64,000 bases of DNA from Armatimonadota bacterium (GTDB lineage Bacteria > Armatimonadota > Zipacnadia > Zipacnadales > UBA5352). The stretch lies in assembly GCA_034722055.1 (NCBI GenBank), contig JAYENL010000198.1:11784-75783 (forward strand), written 5' to 3'. The position numbers were made by a program, and so were the translations under genes. This document shows, piece after piece, positions 38,410 to 47,391 of this stretch. Each line of letters begins with the position of its first letter. Within the stretch, counting starts at the first letter, position 1. The notes beneath the pieces were generated by a model, which made no database searches, had not been told where the DNA came from, and was given only the letters and a program-made list of their open reading frames with translations.

Positions 38410-39786
38410 GTGCGCAGAACCCAACGCCTGCTCGGCATCGGCTTGCTGCTTGTCGCGCTGGCCGCCGGCGCCTGCGCCGCCCCCATCCTGGACCCGTCGC
38501 GGATCAGCGATCGGACGCTGGACAACGGCTTCCGGCTGATCCTCAAGGACGAGGACCAGTGGGGGCTGGCCGCGGCGGCCCTCTACGTCCGGGCGGGCTC
38601 CGCTTACGAGTCCGAGGACCAGGTCGGCGCCGCCCACCTGCTCGAGCACCTGCTCTTCGAGGCCACCGACCAGCGCGACGAGCAGCGCGTGGGGCCGGCC
38701 ATCGAGGCCCTGGGGGGCTACGTCAACGCCAGCACCACCCGGGACTTCACCCGCATCGATATCATCGTCGCCAGCCAGTACCTCCCCGAGGCCCTGGAGA
38801 TGCTGGCGCAGGCGGTCTTCGAGCCGCGCCTGTCGCAGGCGGCGGTGGCGCGAGAGCGCGAGATCGTGGCGCGGGAGCTGATCGACCGCGCGGACACCGC
38901 CGGCGGCACCCTCGACGACCTCCTGTGGGCCGCCGCCTTCGAGCAGCATCCCTACGGCCGGCCCATCGGGGGGACCGCCGAGCAGGTTGGCGACCTCACC
39001 GCAGACGACCTCATGCAGTTCTACGCCCGCTTCTACGTCCCCGCCAACATGGCCCTGGTGGTGGTCGGCGACATCGAGCCGGAACAGGTCGCCGGCCGCG
39101 TCGAGGAGCTGTTCGGCTCCGCGCCCCAGTCGGACTTCGACGCCCCGGAGCTGCCCGGGGAGCCGGCGCTGCAGGACGTGCGCGTGGTGGCCGAGACGCG
39201 GCCCAGCGAGGCCACCATCGTCAGCTTCGCCTGGCACGCGCCGGAGGTGGAGGACTTCGACGAGGTCTGCGCCATGGACCTGATATACACGGTGCTGGGG
39301 GAGGGCCCGCTCGGCCGCCTCCACGCGGCGCTCAACGAGGACGGCCTGGCGCTGGTCTCCTCGTGCGACTACCTCACCCAGCGCGATCCGGGGCTGGTCA
39401 TCGTCATGGCGGTCTGCGAGGCGGACAAGGAGACCGACGTGCGAACGGCCATCCTCAATGAGATCCGGCGCTTGCGCGATGAGCCGCTCACCGCCGAGCA
39501 GCTCGACGAGGCCAAGCGCGTCCTGCGCATCGGCTACGCCTTCAGCAATGAGGCCTACAGTGACCAGGCCGGATCCCTGGGCTTCTACGAGGCCCTCGGC
39601 GACCACGCCCTGGCCATCGAGTACGTGGACCGCGTGAACGCCATCACCGCCGAGCAGGTGCAGCAGGTGGCGCAGAAGTACCTCGATCCGGATGCCTATA
39701 CACTCGCCATCATCCGCCCCGAGCCCCGGCCGGGCGAGACGGAGGAGGCTCGGGTACCGTGCGCACACTCGCTCGTGCGGGGCTGA
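38410..39786 (+). CDS. M16 (pitrilysin/insulinase) family zinc peptidase, active subunit
   Basis: Signal peptide; LDNG, HLLEH (inverted HxxEH), NASTT, HPYGRP and YVPANM motifs. Confidence 0.92.
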   Translation: MRRTQRLLGIGLLLVALAAGACAAPILDPSRISDRTLDNGFRLILKDEDQWGLAAAALYVRAGSAYESEDQVGAAHLLEHLLFEATDQRDEQRVGPAIEALGGYVNASTTRDFTRIDIIVASQYLPEALEMLAQAVFEPRLSQAAVAREREIVARELIDRADTAGGTLDDLLWAAAFEQHPYGRPIGGTAEQVGDLTADDLMQFYARFYVPANMALVVVGDIEPEQVAGRVEELFGSAPQSDFDAPELPGEPALQDVRVVAETRPSEATIVSFAWHAPEVEDFDEVCAMDLIYTVLGEGPLGRLHAALNEDGLALVSSCDYLTQRDPGLVIVMAVCEADKETDVRTAILNEIRRLRDEPLTAEQLDEAKRVLRIGYAFSNEAYSDQAGSLGFYEALGDHALAIEYVDRVNAITAEQVQQVAQKYLDPDAYTLAIIRPEPRPGETEEARVPCAHSLVRG

Positions 39787-41108
39787 TCGCCCTCATCGCT
39801 GTGCTGTCCGTTGCGGCCTGGTCGGCGCCGGCGACGGTCGATCTGGACAACGGCCTGAGACTCATTGCCGTAGACAGCGACCAGGGACGCATCGCCGGCA
39901 TGGCCGTGGTTATCGGCTGCTCCATCGCCGACGAGCCAGATGGCCTTCACGGCGCGCGGGCCCTTCTGCAGCAGATCGTCGTCATGGACAGCCACGAGGC
40001 CATCTCGGAGGCCCGCCGGCCGGCCTCGGCCTTCGTTGATCCCCGCTCGTCGGGCCTCAGCGTCAACACCGACTGGGACCTCGTGGAGGTGGGCTTCGCA
40101 GCGCACGTCGAGGAGCTGGACGCCGGTCTCCGGCTGCTGGCCAGCCACGTCTTCGGGGCGGAGCTGACCCAGGAGCGTCTCGAAGAGGCTCGAGAGCTCG
40201 TCCAGCGGGGGTATGACCTCTCCCACCAGTCCCCGGTGCAGGGGACCTTCGATCTCTTCCGTCACGCGCTCTACGGGGATCATCCCATGGCCCGCCCCAT
40301 GCGCGGGGACCCGCAGGAACTGGCGGCCGTCGAGCTGCAGCCGCTGCAGGCCTTCCGCGACACCCACTACGTTCCGGCCAACGCCGTGCTGTGCGTGGTG
40401 GCGCCCCTGCCGCAGGAGGAGATCGTTTCGGCGGCGACAGTCGTCTTCGGCGCGCTGGAGAGCCGGCCCGCGCCCGAGCCCGCGCAGCCACCGGCACCGC
40501 CTGAGCGCTCTCTGGTGGAGGTGGACGAGAGCGCGGACCTGGCCCAGGCCTCCATGGTGGTGGGCGTGCCCGCCCCGGGCATGGCTGAACCTCTTCGCCC
40601 GGCGGCGGAGGTCATCGCGGCGCTGCTGGAGGGTCGTGGTGGCCGGCTGCGCCGCGACCTGGGCCTGCTTCAGACGCTCGGCTTGGCGGTGCCCACGCGG
40701 CTGCTCCGGGAGCACTACCCGGTAGGCACGCTGCCCGTGCCCATCTCGCGGCACGCCTTCCTGGCGGTGCACGCTCTGTGCACGCCAATGAACATCGAGC
40801 ACACCCGCCAGCGGCTGCTGCGCCATCTGTTGGCTCTGCAGACCGGGACGGCCACCGAGGAGGAGCTGGAGCGCGCCCGCAAGCGCGTTATCAACGCCCA
40901 CGTCCGCTCCCGGCAGACGCCGTCCGACCAGGCGCTGTACCTGGCACGCCGGGCGCTGTTTGGCCTGGGCGGGCCCCAGGAGGCCATCGCGGACATCCAG
41001 GCCGTCACCAGCGAGGACCTCACCGCGGTGGCCACTCGGTACTTCAAGCGCCACGCAATCGGCGTGCAGATGCCCGCCACTGTGGCGCGGAGGGTCCAGC
41101 ATGATTGA
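39759..41108 (+). CDS. M16 family peptidase, non-catalytic subunit
   Basis: LDNG, HPMARP and YVPAN motifs; HxxEH replaced by ALLQQ. Confidence 0.85.
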   Translation: MRTLARAGLIALIAVLSVAAWSAPATVDLDNGLRLIAVDSDQGRIAGMAVVIGCSIADEPDGLHGARALLQQIVVMDSHEAISEARRPASAFVDPRSSGLSVNTDWDLVEVGFAAHVEELDAGLRLLASHVFGAELTQERLEEARELVQRGYDLSHQSPVQGTFDLFRHALYGDHPMARPMRGDPQELAAVELQPLQAFRDTHYVPANAVLCVVAPLPQEEIVSAATVVFGALESRPAPEPAQPPAPPERSLVEVDESADLAQASMVVGVPAPGMAEPLRPAAEVIAALLEGRGGRLRRDLGLLQTLGLAVPTRLLREHYPVGTLPVPISRHAFLAVHALCTPMNIEHTRQRLLRHLLALQTGTATEEELERARKRVINAHVRSRQTPSDQALYLARRALFGLGGPQEAIADIQAVTSEDLTAVATRYFKRHAIGVQMPATVARRVQHD

Positions 41109-41556
41109 CGGCGTCAGGACCAAGCGGCTGGTGCGCCACGTTGACGACCGCGGCTGGGTGATGGAGATCCTGCGTGATGACGACGAGATCTTCATCGACT
41201 TCGGCCAGGTCTACGTCTCCGCCTGCTTCCCGGGCGTGGTCAAGGCCTGGCACTGCCACCAGCGGCAGACCGACAGCTTCTGCGTCCTGCAGGGCAACGC
41301 CAAGATCGGCCTCTACGACGACCGCGAGGACTCCCCCACCTGCGGGGAGGCGCAGGCAATCGTCGCTGGCGAGCTCAACCCCGTGGTGGTGCAGATCCCG
41401 CCGCTGGTGTGGCACGGCTTCACAGCCCTGGAGGGGTGCACGGCCGTGGTGCTCAACGTCCCCACCATGCACTACGATGCCGATGACCCGGACGAGCTGC
41501 GTCGGGACCCGTTCGACCCTGAGATTCCCTTTGACTGGTTCACCGAGGGCGGCTGA
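41101..41556 (+). CDS. dTDP-4-dehydrorhamnose 3,5-epimerase family (cupin)
   Basis: MIDGV, DDRG, KAWHCH and VWHGF motifs. Confidence 0.88.
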   Translation: MIDGVRTKRLVRHVDDRGWVMEILRDDDEIFIDFGQVYVSACFPGVVKAWHCHQRQTDSFCVLQGNAKIGLYDDREDSPTCGEAQAIVAGELNPVVVQIPPLVWHGFTALEGCTAVVLNVPTMHYDADDPDELRRDPFDPEIPFDWFTEGG

Positions 41557-41686
41557 CCGCGCGAGAGCCCGCGAGGGACCGACACCAGCCGTATCGGTCG
41601 CCGGCTCCTGCACGTCACGCCAAGTGCGTCCTTAGCATCTGGCTGAGTGGGGCCTACATCCACTGAGGCCCCTCTCATGCCGGCAG

Positions 41687-44650
41687 GTGAGCACCGTGAC
41701 CGTCCTCCCCGATGATGCGCAGATCCGCGTGCTGATCGACCACCATCATGACTCAGGCTGGGCCCAGGCCCGGCGCGGGCTGGGTGGCGGGCCGCTGCAG
41801 GTCACCATCTGCCGCGAGACCCTCAAGTGGGGAATCCTCAAGCGCTATCACGTGCTCGTCGCGGACGCCACGGCGCCGGCCACCGTCACCGCCAACGAGC
41901 TCAAGATGGTGAAGCGCTTCGTGTCCGAGGGCGGCGGGCTGCTGCTGGCCGGGTCCCTGCCGGCCTTCGAGTTCATCTCCGATGCTCCCGCCGACGAGAT
42001 GCCCGCCAACCGCCTGGCTGAGCCCTTCGGCCTGCGCTTCCTCTCGCCATCCGAGTGCGCCGGCGAGCCGCGCATCGACCGCAACTTCCAGCGTGGCTAT
42101 CGCGGCGAGGACGTGGTCGTCGGCGACGACCTGCCCGACGGCTTCGGCCCCCAGCCGCCCGGCGCAGACACCTGGGCGCCGGTGAGAGCCCCCCATGGCT
42201 CCCGCACGCTTCTGGGGCACCGGGAGACCGGGGAGCCCCTGGCCACGATGTGCGAGCATGGCGACGGCCGCATCTGCGCGGTGGCCACGCCGCTGGAGCA
42301 CTTCAACCTGCTCTGGCACGCCAAGCCGCTGCTGCGCTGGCTGGCGGCGGGCGCGGGAGACCGCCCCGGGCGCGACATCCCCGCAGAGGTGGGCGTCCCG
42401 CCGACCGTCCGCAAGGTCCGCGGCCTGCGGCTGATATGCGACGAGCCGGTCGCCGAGCGCGCCGATGAGGTGGCCCGCCTCGTCCGCGCCTTCGACGAGT
42501 TCATGGAGGACATATTCGGCGACCGCTGGGAGGCGCCGGAGGTCGTCCAGGTGTTGCAGGCTGTCGTCCGCGCCGACCCGTGGTGGAACGATCCACCGCG
42601 CATCTCCGCCGCGGGCTCCGACTGGGCCGTCGCATGGTCGGTCGCCTTCGCCCTCGCCATGCACGGCGTCCAGAACCTCGACGAGCAAGTCATCGTCGCG
42701 CTTCTGCCCGAGTACACCGCTCTGCGCCACCTCGCCCTGCGCTTCCTTGAGCGCCTGGGCTTCGAAGAGCGCGCGCGGCGGCTGCGCGAGATCGCTCTGC
42801 AGCAGGCCGAGGAGGCCGCCGATGGGCCCGGGGGCGATCTCGCCCGCGTCTACTGGGCGACGCTCAAGTGGCACCCCAAGGGCATGTGGCTGCTCGAGCA
42901 GCTCGCGGACCGCTACGGCAAGGACTTCCTGGGACGCATGCTGGCGAAGATGCCCCGCAGCCGCGATCAGGAGAGGCTACCCTCGCACTTCGCCTCCCAC
43001 GCCGACCGCGCCGCGTACTACATGAGCCTGGCTGCTGGCGAGGACCTCTTCCCGTGGCTACAGGAGCTGGGAATAACGCTCCACCCACTGCCCATCGTGG
43101 CGCCGGATGATGAAAGCTTCGACGAGGCCATGCGCGCGGCGCTGGCCGAGGGCGCCACCAGCGGCCCGCCGTCGCGGCGCCTGGAGGCGCTTACAGACCT
43201 GGCGGCCCTCGACGACGACGCTCGCGCGAAGCTGCCCGACGACGTCCGCCCACTGGTCGATGTCTACCGGCGCTCGTCTGCGTCCGATCAGCGAGCCGCC
43301 GCTGACTTGCGCCGGCTCGCCGACGACGAGGACGAGGCCCAGGCGGCATGGGCCGCGCTGCAGTTGCTCTCCTCCGGCCACGAGGAGGCGGCAGATCGGC
43401 TGGCCGAGCTGGCGCCGCGCCAGGACCTCCGCTTCCGGCTGATGGCCGGCCACGTGCTTCGCAAGGCCGGGCGCGACGTCGCGGAGCTCTCGGTGCAGGG
43501 CCTGGTCGAGGACGGGGCAGCGGTCGGCGAGCTGGAAGTGAAGCTCACCGATTACCTCGCGATCCACCCGAAGGTCGCGGGCTACGAGGTCGCCAACGTC
43601 ATCTGCGAGAGCGGCCTGGCCGCCTTCCCGCACGGTAACTTCGCCACGCGCCTCTATGTGGACTGGGTCCACACCTCGCCGCAGTGGCGGCGCAGCGGCC
43701 TGTCGCGGCTGGCCTTCGGTGCGGCCATGGCGCACAAGGAGGCCCAACGCTGCTCCAGCTTCGCTCTCAGCACCGGCACCCGCAACACCGCCCACGCCCT
43801 CTACCGCGACTTCGGCTTCGTGGACATGGATCGGCGGGAATCCGCATCCAAGCGGCTGTGCGTGGGCACGCCCTGCCCCCAGCCCGACGGCGTCGTGCTG
43901 CGACCGATGGAGGCCGACGACCGCCCCGAGGTCCGCCGGTTCCTGCTCGACTACCACGCGAACGCCTTCACGATCTCGCCGCTGCCCGTCCCGGAGCTGG
44001 GCGAGGGGCAGTGGGCGGCGCTGGCCGAACGCCAGGGCAAGCTCATCGGCGTGGCGCTGGGGCGGCACGTGAGCGGCGACGAGGCGCGCCTGCTGGACGT
44101 GGCGGTGAACAGGGACGCCGACGACCGCACGGAGGTCGGCACCGCACTGCTGTCGCGGCTGCATCGCCTGCTTGCCGGCCACGGCGCGAGGACCGTGAAG
44201 GCCTCCATCTGCTCACAGCCCGGACTGCTTATCGACGCCCTCTGCCGGGCCGGCTACTCCCGCAGGCCCAGCGGCGGCGTCAACATGTTCGGCATCCGCG
44301 ATCTGCGCCGGCTCTTCGAGGAGATCCGCCCCCTCTACGAGCATCGGCTGGCCGATGGCGATCAGCGGGGCTGGGCGGGGCGGGTGATCATCATCGGCGA
44401 GCGGCTGCAGGCGGGCCTGGAGATCGACGAGGGCGCGGTCCACGTCGTGGGCGGGGAGCCCGCGGCCGCGGACATCGTGCTGCGCACCTCCGACGAGGTC
44501 ATCACCCGTTCCGTTACCGGCCGGGAGACGCCGCTGGAGGGCTACCTGCAGCGGCGGACCGAGGTGCAGCCGCAGACCAACTCCGCCGTGGTGAAGCTGC
44601 TGGAGACCCTCTTCCCGCAGGTGCCCTTCATCGTCCGCTGGGGCTGGTGA
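41687..44650 (+). CDS. Multidomain GNAT acetyltransferase (GATase-like N-terminus, tandem GNATs, SCP2-like C-terminus)
   Basis: FVSEGGGLLL; VHTSPQWRRSGLS and AHALYRDFGF (GNAT); second GNAT with LDVAV...VGTALL; C-terminal SCP2-like region. Confidence 0.7.
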   Translation: MSTVTVLPDDAQIRVLIDHHHDSGWAQARRGLGGGPLQVTICRETLKWGILKRYHVLVADATAPATVTANELKMVKRFVSEGGGLLLAGSLPAFEFISDAPADEMPANRLAEPFGLRFLSPSECAGEPRIDRNFQRGYRGEDVVVGDDLPDGFGPQPPGADTWAPVRAPHGSRTLLGHRETGEPLATMCEHGDGRICAVATPLEHFNLLWHAKPLLRWLAAGAGDRPGRDIPAEVGVPPTVRKVRGLRLICDEPVAERADEVARLVRAFDEFMEDIFGDRWEAPEVVQVLQAVVRADPWWNDPPRISAAGSDWAVAWSVAFALAMHGVQNLDEQVIVALLPEYTALRHLALRFLERLGFEERARRLREIALQQAEEAADGPGGDLARVYWATLKWHPKGMWLLEQLADRYGKDFLGRMLAKMPRSRDQERLPSHFASHADRAAYYMSLAAGEDLFPWLQELGITLHPLPIVAPDDESFDEAMRAALAEGATSGPPSRRLEALTDLAALDDDARAKLPDDVRPLVDVYRRSSASDQRAAADLRRLADDEDEAQAAWAALQLLSSGHEEAADRLAELAPRQDLRFRLMAGHVLRKAGRDVAELSVQGLVEDGAAVGELEVKLTDYLAIHPKVAGYEVANVICESGLAAFPHGNFATRLYVDWVHTSPQWRRSGLSRLAFGAAMAHKEAQRCSSFALSTGTRNTAHALYRDFGFVDMDRRESASKRLCVGTPCPQPDGVVLRPMEADDRPEVRRFLLDYHANAFTISPLPVPELGEGQWAALAERQGKLIGVALGRHVSGDEARLLDVAVNRDADDRTEVGTALLSRLHRLLAGHGARTVKASICSQPGLLIDALCRAGYSRRPSGGVNMFGIRDLRRLFEEIRPLYEHRLADGDQRGWAGRVIIIGERLQAGLEIDEGAVHVVGGEPAAADIVLRTSDEVITRSVTGRETPLEGYLQRRTEVQPQTNSAVVKLLETLFPQVPFIVRWGW

Positions 44651-44689
44651 GCCCGGCAGCTCAGTGAGCCTCCGTGCCGATCTCCTGTC

Positions 44690-45487
44690 TCAACTGAGAT
44701 GCTCGCTGAGGAACCGGTACGCTGACCGCATGGAGTTCTCGATCTCGTCATTGGTGCGACCGGGCGCGCGCTCGAGCGTGTGCGGGCCCTCGTAGCCCAG
44801 ATCCACCAGCCTCGGCAGCAGCCGATCGTAGCCCACCTCCCCCTCACCGATCCGCGGGAACTCCGGATTGCCCTTCGGCCCCACGTGATCCTTGTAGTGG
44901 GTGTGCGCCATGAAGGGCGCCAGCTCGTCCAGGCGCTCGTGCGGGTCGGCGCCGTTGTAGAAGCGGAAGTTGGCCGGATCGAAGGCCAGGCGCACCTCGG
45001 GATGGTCGATCTGCTCCATGGCCGCCAGGCAGGCGCTGGCGTCGCCGGTGTATCCCCCGTGCGTCTCCAGCGCGATGGTGATGCCCAGCTCCGCCGCGTG
45101 GTCGGCCGCATCCCGGATCTGCGCCACGAAGTCGGCGATCATCCGCTCCCGCTCATCCTGGTCGGCCTCGTCGGGGATGCGCACGGCGCCGGTGTCCACG
45201 ATGGATACGCCCAGGCGCGCGGCCCCCTCCAGCCGTCGCCGGAGCAGGTCCAGGCCACCTTCAACCGTCAGCTCCGAGCGGGCGTAGACCGCCACCAGCC
45301 TCAGGTCGTGGCTCTCCAGCCGGAACAGAAAGGCCTCCGCCTCCTCGTCAGTCATCGTCTCCAGCGGCTGATCGTAGTAGCCGGCGTAGAAGCCGACCGC
45401 CACGTTCTCGAAGCCGACCGCCGCCGCGCCGGCCAGGAACGAGTCGAAGTCCTGGTTGCAGAAGTTGTAGGCCGCGATGATGGCCAT
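44690..45487 (-). CDS. Sugar phosphate isomerase/epimerase (TIM barrel)
   Basis: IALETH, FDPAN, HTHYKD, GEGEV and LE motifs. Confidence 0.88.
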   Translation of the reverse strand: MAIIAAYNFCNQDFDSFLAGAAAVGFENVAVGFYAGYYDQPLETMTDEEAEAFLFRLESHDLRLVAVYARSELTVEGGLDLLRRRLEGAARLGVSIVDTGAVRIPDEADQDERERMIADFVAQIRDAADHAAELGITIALETHGGYTGDASACLAAMEQIDHPEVRLAFDPANFRFYNGADPHERLDELAPFMAHTHYKDHVGPKGNPEFPRIGEGEVGYDRLLPRLVDLGYEGPHTLERAPGRTNDEIENSMRSAYRFLSEHLS

Positions 45488-45644
45488 CAGGCTGCTCCTT
45501 TGAGCGCACTCGGGGTCGAGAGAGGGCGTGTAGAGCTTCTCCGAGCAGCGGCCGAAGACCTTGCGGCGGCGAAGGGAGTGCGGGCACCGGCGCGGAATAG
45601 CCATTAGGGATATATCCATTGCCAGAGGAGCGGGACGCGATCTG

Positions 45645-46586
45645 ATGTCAGGACAGGACGTGCGGGTGGGCTTTGTGGGCTGCGGGCGCCACGCCACGGG
45701 CGTGCTGCTGCCGGCGGCGAGGGAGGCCGGGATGGACCTGGCCTCGGTCTGCGACCTTGACAGGCGCCGGGCGCAGCGCACCGCCCGGCGCTTCGGCGCC
45801 TTCAGGGCCTACCAGGACCTGCGCAAGATGATCGACGAGATGGACCTCGACGCGGTGCTGGTCTGCGGCCCGCCGGAGATGCACGCGGAGGCGGCCGCCA
45901 TGGCTCTCGAGCGCGGCTGCCACGTGTGGACGGAGGTGCCGCCCGCGCCCACCGCCGCCGAGGCCGAGCACATCGCGCAGCTCGCCGACGCCAGGGGGCT
46001 TATCGCCCAGCCCGGCCTGATGATGCGCTTCGCCCCGGCCTACGAGCGCCTCAAGCGGACGATCGACGACCAGGACTTCGGCGAGCCCACGTCCCTGGCG
46101 ATCACCTGGTGGCCGGCGAAGCTGCCCGGCCACGATGAGCCGCTGCTGTTCGATGCCATCCACGCCGTGGACCTGGCACGGATGCTGCTGGGGGAGATCG
46201 AGCAGTGGCAGGCGCTGGCGGCTGATGAGGCGGCGTCGATGGCGTTGCGCTTTGCCTCCGGAGCGCTGGGCAGTCTCAGCTTCGCCGCCGGCAGCGGGCG
46301 GCCCCGGGAGGTGGTGGCGGTGGCCGCCCGCCGCGCGCTGGCCGTGGTTCAGGACCGCCGGGAGGTGGCCGTCAGCCGGGCCGATCGCGAGGAGAGCACG
46401 CTGTGGCGGCCTGCCTCTGGCGGTGCCGGTCCGGGCGCAGAGCAGGGATTCCTGGCCGAGCTGCAGCATTTCCTGCGTGCCGTGCTGGGAGAGGTCGAGC
46501 CGCGGGCCACGATGAGCGACGCCGCGGCCGCCATGGCGCTCATTGAGACCCTCACCGAATGCGGGGAGGTGCGTCACATGGGGTGA
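45645..46586 (+). CDS. Gfo/Idh/MocA family oxidoreductase
   Basis: VGFVGCG and HVWTEVP (variant of EKP) motifs; MRFAP. Confidence 0.85.
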   Translation: MSGQDVRVGFVGCGRHATGVLLPAAREAGMDLASVCDLDRRRAQRTARRFGAFRAYQDLRKMIDEMDLDAVLVCGPPEMHAEAAAMALERGCHVWTEVPPAPTAAEAEHIAQLADARGLIAQPGLMMRFAPAYERLKRTIDDQDFGEPTSLAITWWPAKLPGHDEPLLFDAIHAVDLARMLLGEIEQWQALAADEAASMALRFASGALGSLSFAAGSGRPREVVAVAARRALAVVQDRREVAVSRADREESTLWRPASGGAGPGAEQGFLAELQHFLRAVLGEVEPRATMSDAAAAMALIETLTECGEVRHMG

Positions 46587-47014
46587 GTAGGCGAGGCGGC
46601 GAGGACCGGTCGAAGGACAGACTCGTCTGGAGCGTGCGCCGGGCCAACGAGAGCCCGACGCTGTGCCTGCTGCTGATCGTCTTCGAGATCGCGCTGGGCG
46701 TGGGCGTCTACGAGTACTACGGTCCCTACTACGCGGGCTTCGCCGTCCTCTTCATCACCCTCGCCCTGCTCCCATTCTACGGCTCCTACCGCTACGAGCT
46801 GGGCGCCGACGGGCTCGAGGTCCACGGCCCCTTCTACTACGCGGCACACGAGTGGAAGGACTTCGACGGCTGGAAGATCTACGAGGACGATCTGCGACTG
46901 CAGTTCAGGGGCGATGGCCGACCGTCGGTGCTCGTGCTCTACGCCCCCCGGCGACTCGATGCCGTCGTTCAGTACGTGCAGGGCCATCTGCCCCGCCGCT
47001 TCGATGATGACTGA
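46583..47014 (+). CDS. Small membrane protein (2 TM plus PH-like soluble domain)
   Basis: GTG start overlaps the upstream stop (GTGA); two hydrophobic helices, then YELGADG...WKDF. Confidence 0.65.
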   Translation: MSRRGGEDRSKDRLVWSVRRANESPTLCLLLIVFEIALGVGVYEYYGPYYAGFAVLFITLALLPFYGSYRYELGADGLEVHGPFYYAAHEWKDFDGWKIYEDDLRLQFRGDGRPSVLVLYAPRRLDAVVQYVQGHLPRRFDDD

Positions 47015-47022
47015 CTGCCGCC

Positions 47023-47325
47023 ATGGATGAGCAACGCGCCCGCCAGCGTGAGGTGCTGGAGCGCTTCGCCCGGGAGGTGGCCGGGCGGCGCATGTGCGCC
47101 CCGGCTATCTTCCTCTTCGAGTCCATCCAGCCTCTCTCCCTGCTGGCCGGCCAGGCACTAGCCTTCATCCAGCCCCTGCTCACGGTGATGCTCGACGCCC
47201 CCGACTACGACGTCTTCCGGGAGGCCATCGAGGACCGCGAGAACCTGAGCTGGCTGGTGGACCGCCTGGAGGAGCTGGAAGAAGAGCGCCTCAGGGGGGA
47301 AGAGCCCTCGCAGGATGAGTCGTGA
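47023..47325 (+). CDS. Hypothetical protein upstream of the glmL-like gene
   Basis: 100 aa ORF with host-like codon usage, tightly spaced; PAIFLFES-PLS motif. Confidence 0.7.
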   Translation: MDEQRARQREVLERFAREVAGRRMCAPAIFLFESIQPLSLLAGQALAFIQPLLTVMLDAPDYDVFREAIEDRENLSWLVDRLEELEEERLRGEEPSQDES

Positions 47326-47391
47326 AGGTGTCGAGCCGCCCCGGCGCGAATCTACCTCACGGACTGAGGATTCCCCAGGAAGGCTGCACAC

